A DNA stretch of 39,240 nt from a virus (lineage: Duplodnaviria; Caudoviricetes): positions 1 through 39,240 of IMG/VR virus record IMGVR_UViG_3300044711_000038; one strand, 5' to 3'. Position 1 is the first letter of the stretch. Each line of letters starts with the position of its first letter. This document shows positions 35,593 to 39,240 of this stretch, piece after piece. The notes beneath the pieces are model-generated. The model searched no databases and was not told where the DNA came from. It worked only from the letters and a program-made list of their open reading frames with translations. Position numbers and translations under genes: made by a program.

Positions 35593-35752
35593 CTTCTTTT
35601 TCCTCACTTCCCCGTAAAACTTCAATCTCTTTCGTCCAAGGTCCAGGTCGCTCGCCAATTCGCCTGTACCTTCGCCGTGCGGCGCAATCGAGACATAGTT
35701 GCCAACCTGACTGCGGAAAACTCACATGCTCATGCTGGCAGCCGAAAATCAC
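35537..35752 (-). CDS. Small Cys/His protein
   Basis: IFGCQHEHVSFP...CLDC; GTGA overlap. Confidence 0.55.
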   Translation of the reverse strand: MIFGCQHEHVSFPQSGWQLCLDCAARRRYRRIGERPGPWTKEIEVLRGSEEKEDGTTKERARSFRPRINYF

Positions 35753-36222
35753 CGTTCCCCCGCATTCCCGAAGTGCGCCCGCAGATGAGATTCGGCCCAA
35801 TCGCCCTCTGCCTCTGCGTTAATTTCCTCTAAGCGGTGCTGTTCTTCTAGTGGCAGGTCAGGAAGTTTGCTGGCGATAGATGCCCATGTGCGGCGCTCCA
35901 TCTCGGCATAGATGAGTGGGATTAGTCGCTCCCGGCGCTCGGCGTCATCCCTGCCGAGGCGAGCGAATTCACTCTCGGCCTGTGGAGCGAACTCCCATTG
36001 ATTGCGCGCTTCGAAGATGTGATGAATGCTGGCTCCATCCGCCCATCCCGCAAACACCTTTGGATATTCCCCCTTGAGCGCATGATCCGCTGTCACGACG
36101 CCAATGAGGCAGCAGCAGGAACGGTAGGACAGTTTCCCATCCTGTGCATGTGCCAGCAGAGCGGCCAACTGCTCATCCGAGTAAGCAGTCGCCAAGAACT
36201 TCTCAATGTTTTCAGTGCTCAT
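35749..36222 (-). CDS. Hypothetical protein
   Basis: 157 aa; coupled at both ends. Confidence 0.65.
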   Translation of the reverse strand: MSTENIEKFLATAYSDEQLAALLAHAQDGKLSYRSCCCLIGVVTADHALKGEYPKVFAGWADGASIHHIFEARNQWEFAPQAESEFARLGRDDAERRERLIPLIYAEMERRTWASIASKLPDLPLEEQHRLEEINAEAEGDWAESHLRAHFGNAGER

Positions 36223-36386
36223 CGTCTCGCCCTTTCTATGTCATCTTCAAAAGAGGGAGAAGCCTCTGACGCATCTCCCTCGTCTGCCAGTGTTGTAGGC
36301 TCCGCCCCAGGAGCCAGGGAAGTGCTGGCAGAAACGTGTGCATACGTGATGGCCTTCATCAGGTCGAACCAGTCGAAGTTAGGCAT
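36219..36386 (-). CDS. Hypothetical protein
   Basis: 55 aa from ATG 36386, RBS GGAGG. Confidence 0.45.
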   Translation of the reverse strand: MPNFDWFDLMKAITYAHVSASTSLAPGAEPTTLADEGDASEASPSFEDDIERARR

Positions 36387-36540
36387 TGTTGGCCTCCACG
36401 CTGCCGTAACACTTTTCGTCATTTTCGTTTTGGTGGTCGTTTAGGCAATCAGGGCAAAGGCCATCCGCTTGACAGACTGGACACTGGTTAACTTCCGAGT
36501 CTTCAATTTCCGCGCAGCATAGTTCACAATTTGTAGTCAT
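36379..36540 (-). CDS. Small Cys-rich protein (53 aa)
   Basis: MTTNCELCC...CPVC...CPDC; TAATG overlap; below cutoff. Confidence 0.55.
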   Translation of the reverse strand: MTTNCELCCAEIEDSEVNQCPVCQADGLCPDCLNDHQNENDEKCYGSVEANNA

Positions 36541-36746
36541 TAGTTTGCTGCCTCCTCTTCGCTTTTCGCTTCAAACAGCTTCTTCACAAAAGTGAGCAGA
36601 AACCGTTCTTCAAATTCCACGACTGCTGCCCCATACATCATCCAAGCCCATTCTTCTGGCTCTATTTCGGGGTGCGCCATGCGCATCCGCACGTAGCTTT
36701 TGTAGGCAACTTCTGAGATAAGGCGCTGCCTGTCTTCCGGCGTCAT
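36540..36746 (-). CDS. Hypothetical protein
   Basis: 68 aa, ATGA overlap. Confidence 0.55.
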   Translation of the reverse strand: MTPEDRQRLISEVAYKSYVRMRMAHPEIEPEEWAWMMYGAAVVEFEERFLLTFVKKLFEAKSEEEAAN

Positions 36747-37201
36747 GCTGCAATCTCCCAAACAATCATCTTTCGATTGTTACGGTTAAGCCGCCTCTCG
36801 CCTGTATCGCGCAAGAATCCACGCTGTACTAAATCTGTGCGCCGTTTCCGCAATGTGCTGAATGCAGGGTGTTTGCTTGATAGCGCGTCTTCGATGTCTT
36901 CATCTGTTGCCCTGCCGTGAGAGCGGAAGAAGTCCAGCACGTCACGCTGAATCTGGGTTAGGCGGTCTTCCGTGAACGCTGCCGCTGATGCGTGCGAAGT
37001 GTCAGGATCGGAGCGGCGAGCGTGGGCCTTCTCGATTGGCTTCTGATGACAAGCGCAATGGCAAGTGACCATCTGCAAACCCTGCGAAACAGCACACCGC
37101 CAAGCATCGGAACGCTTGCACTGGCATGAGGCTTTATCGAAGAGGGGGAGGCTGGGCTCTGGCTTTCTTATTTCTGGATTTCGCTCCGGCACGATACGCA
37201 T
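36743..37201 (-). CDS. Winged-HTH DNA-binding protein
   Basis: ARRSDPDTSH...TDEDI...RKRRTDL..RG...DTG...IVW. Confidence 0.7.
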   Translation of the reverse strand: MRIVPERNPEIRKPEPSLPLFDKASCQCKRSDAWRCAVSQGLQMVTCHCACHQKPIEKAHARRSDPDTSHASAAAFTEDRLTQIQRDVLDFFRSHGRATDEDIEDALSSKHPAFSTLRKRRTDLVQRGFLRDTGERRLNRNNRKMIVWEIAA

Positions 37202-37252
37202 CCTCAAGGGGTGAGGTGCGCTATTATTGAGAGGGAACCGTTACCCGATAGT

Positions 37253-37291
37253 GGCCCTGTAGCTCAGATGGATAGAGCGACGGTTTCCTAA
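37253..37291 (+). tRNA. 5' half of tRNA-Arg(CCU), non-functional fragment; putative attP core
   Basis: GGCCCTG TA GCTC AGATGGATA GAGC G ACGGT TTCCTAA then diverges (TACGT instead of ACCGT); no T-arm; about 300 bp from integrase. Confidence 0.8.
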
Positions 37292-37351
37292 TACGTTTCC
37301 CCCTCAAAACTTAAAAAGAGAAACGGACAACGATAGCGCACCTAACATTGT

Positions 37352-37492
37352 TTAGGCCGCAACCTTGCGGCGTGGTTTGTTCCAGTATGGCGATTTGCAT
37401 CTCTTTGAAGCGCACCGTGGCGGCAACGCATCCTGTTTCGGTATCCACTTGTATCCGCAACGCAAGCATTTCAATCGAGGCAATTTCACCAT
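37352..37492 (-). CDS. Small zinc-finger DNA-binding protein (candidate regulator or excisionase)
   Basis: 46 aa KCLRCGYKW...PRCASKRCKSPYWNKPRRKVAA; ATG 7 nt after -10 box (leaderless). Confidence 0.7.
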   Translation of the reverse strand: MVKLPRLKCLRCGYKWIPKQDALPPRCASKRCKSPYWNKPRRKVAA

Positions 37493-37499
37493 GTGCGAC

Positions 37500-37530
37500 A
37501 CTATACCCCCAAGGTGATACCCACTGTCAA
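37500..37530 (-). promoter_or_regulatory. Early leftward promoter with operator-like spacer
   Basis: TTGACA-N19-TATAGT; spacer has imperfect dyad TATCACC...GGGTATA. Confidence 0.6.
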
Positions 37531-37587
37531 GGAAAAAATGCGGGCGTATAGAATCAGTGAGTTGAAAGGGATTTTGCTCGGTTATCC

Positions 37588-38739
37588 TCATGCCTTCTTC
37601 TCCAATTCTTCCACAGCCTCGCGGAGAACGGACATGGTTGGTTTGTAGTACCTTCTTTGCATGGCCTGCGAAACGTGGCCAAAGAGCTTCTCAGCGGTAT
37701 GAATTGAGACTCTTCCGCTTGAGAGGGCTTTGGTCACAGCGGTCACCCGGCAGTCATAAATGCGGAACTTGGCCATGTGCGGCCCGATTTCCTTGACCGC
37801 CTCTGCCCTGATCCCAGCCCAAGCCTTCTTAATCGAGAGCATGGGCCTGGTAAAGTCTCGCGGCCCGTTCTTCCGGCTGGAGCAGTGCGGCAGAATGAAG
37901 TCATCTGGCGATCCGTCGCCCGATTTCAGGCTTTCGTAACGTTCGATAAGCCATGCCATTGACTCGAAAGCTTCGTCGCTCAAAGGGATTAGCCGCTCAC
38001 GGTCTTTGTTCTTGGCACCTTCTACGACCTCAAATACTCGTTCTTTCAGGTCCACATCCCGGCGCTTGATGCGGCTTAGCTCTCCGAACCCTACTCCGCA
38101 TCGAAGCATTATCCTGACGCAGTGAGCTGCCAGCCGCCGTCTACGGTTGCGGAAGGCAATGTCCAAGAGTTTCTGCTCATCTTCCTTGTTCGCGGAGCGC
38201 CCAGAGCCACGCTGTGACGTTGGCATGGGTCTATAGAAGGGCTCAATTGCCGCCCAGAGCTTAGCTTCCTTCAAAACCTGCTGCAAGGTGGACAGTTCCA
38301 TATTGATCCGGCCATGTCCAGCTTCCTCAGCGCGTTTTTCCTGGTAGAAGCGGATGGTGCCAATGTGGATTTGGGACAGAGGCATGGTGAAGAAAGCTGA
38401 GAGAGTTTTAAGGTACTGCTCATAGTCCCTTAGCGTACGGGGTTTGATGTAGCGTGCATGATTCTTTAACCAGATACTTCCTGCTTGGGCAAGTGACAGC
38501 TCTGCCAGGGGCGTTTCGTTCATGGCATCGCGCCTCAATTGTTCGGCTTTGGCTTGGAAGTCGTCGCGGAGGTGGGAAATCGCTTCGGGGCGGCTGCGGC
38601 CAGACAGCCTTAAGTTTTGAACTCGTGGACTATTGTCTGACGTGGCCGATAGTACACTGCCCTCGCTGTGGAAATTAATTAAATTTTTACTTATCCCGTT
38701 TTGGTTTTGTGATAGGCATTTCGTCCCAAATGAGTACAT
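37588..38739 (-). CDS. int: Tyrosine recombinase (phage integrase)
   Basis: 383 aa; INMELSTL, GAKNK..RLIPL, IKKAW, YDCR, LFGH..AM..RYY; RBS AAGGAG. Confidence 0.9.
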   Translation of the reverse strand: MYSFGTKCLSQNQNGISKNLINFHSEGSVLSATSDNSPRVQNLRLSGRSRPEAISHLRDDFQAKAEQLRRDAMNETPLAELSLAQAGSIWLKNHARYIKPRTLRDYEQYLKTLSAFFTMPLSQIHIGTIRFYQEKRAEEAGHGRINMELSTLQQVLKEAKLWAAIEPFYRPMPTSQRGSGRSANKEDEQKLLDIAFRNRRRRLAAHCVRIMLRCGVGFGELSRIKRRDVDLKERVFEVVEGAKNKDRERLIPLSDEAFESMAWLIERYESLKSGDGSPDDFILPHCSSRKNGPRDFTRPMLSIKKAWAGIRAEAVKEIGPHMAKFRIYDCRVTAVTKALSSGRVSIHTAEKLFGHVSQAMQRRYYKPTMSVLREAVEELEKKA

Positions 38740-38823
38740 GGTGCTCCTTAGGTTTGTATGAGTAGTCTGTGCCGGTATGAGCTATGAAAGGCACAGCGCG
38801 GGAACACTAACAGAAAACTTATG

Positions 38824-38851
38824 TTGACGCAAGCGGCTTTCGTGTTAAATT
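38824..38851 (+). promoter_or_regulatory. Rightward promoter 1 with AAGCGGCTT dyad
   Basis: TTGACG-N16-TAAATT with extended TG; ATG 5 nt after the -10 box. Confidence 0.65.
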
Positions 38852-38856
38852 TAGGC

Positions 38857-39006
38857 ATGACCTTCACAAAGAAAGAACTCCGCGAGTATATGAGGCAGTT
38901 AGGCAGGAAGGGCGGCTCGGTCACTTCAGAGGCAAAGCGCAAGGCATCACGCGCCAACATGGCAAAAATCAATGCCCGTAAACGCAAGAAACAAGTAGTA
39001 AAATAG
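38857..39006 (+). CDS. Small basic KGG-motif protein (49 aa), candidate regulator
   Basis: MTFTKKELREYMRQLGRKGGSVTSEAKRKASRAN...; leaderless. Confidence 0.7.
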   Translation: MTFTKKELREYMRQLGRKGGSVTSEAKRKASRANMAKINARKRKKQVVK

Positions 39007-39009
39007 CAG

Positions 39010-39037
39010 TTGACAGCGTAAGCGGCTTATGTAGAAT
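39010..39037 (+). promoter_or_regulatory. Rightward promoter 2 with TAAGCGGCTTA dyad
   Basis: TTGACA-N16-TAGAAT. Confidence 0.7.
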
Positions 39038-39094
39038 GTAGGCAGGCCACGGAAGCCCGGTAAGGCCCGCGCCAGAAAGAGGTAAGAGGTGAAT

Positions 39095-39240
39095 ATGCAA
39101 TACGTTTACATTAAGAGTGAACCCGGTCTTTTCACGGTCGGCTTTTATGATCCGCAGGGCAAGTGGCAGCCTGAATCCGACCATACCAGTACAGATGAAG
39201 CCGCAGCCCGCGTGCATTACTTGAATGGCGGCGGTGCACA
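39095..39240 (+). CDS. Small phage protein (runs off right edge)
   Basis: MQYVYIKSEPGLFTVGFYDPQGKWQPESDH...AAARVHYLNGG; RBS GAGGTG. Confidence 0.75.
   Translation, partial: MQYVYIKSEPGLFTVGFYDPQGKWQPESDHTSTDEAAARVHYLNGGGA

Larger units (their letters stand above)
1..39240. mobile_element. Temperate podovirus-like phage genome (partial), apparently in unintegrated form
   Basis: Continuous phage gene order (terminase, portal, scaffold, capsid, short tail, ejection proteins, replication, integrase); no host housekeeping genes; phage genes on both sides of the att-like tRNA fragment. Confidence 0.93.

Noticed and set aside
37253-37330. Complete or intron-containing tRNA-Arg
   Set aside because: No 3' anticodon strand, T-arm or acceptor 3' strand found downstream

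Overview
Most of a temperate tailed-phage genome with podovirus-type (P22/N4-like) morphogenesis genes, almost all on the minus strand. In transcription order (right to left): tyrosine integrase; an attP-like 5' half of tRNA-Arg(CCU); an early operon (winged-HTH, Sak/Rad52-like annealing protein, replication initiator and loader, HNH, Fis-like HTH, N6/N4 methylase, DUF1064, PAPS-reductase-like protein, many small accessory genes); a late promoter with a structured leader; TerS; a 6-kb collagen-fibre/tailspike module; TerL, portal, scaffold, major capsid, adaptor, nozzle, a tail protein with a very short C-terminal Hint domain, a GNAT-like protein, three ejection-type proteins and a second tailspike cut by the left edge. 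A short plus-strand unit starts at the right edge. The host is probably Acidobacteriota (inference from protein styles). Most novel-looking signals: (1) six YGAUC-pentaloop hairpins around the scaffold and capsid starts, one mutually exclusive with a helix hiding the capsid ribosome-binding site (candidate RNA switch); (2) a 5' tRNA half inside nested inverted repeats, between the early promoter and the replication operon; (3) a 107-aa Hint domain; (4) at least seven distinct direct-repeat pairs bracketing single accessory genes. All calls were made by eye, with no database searches.
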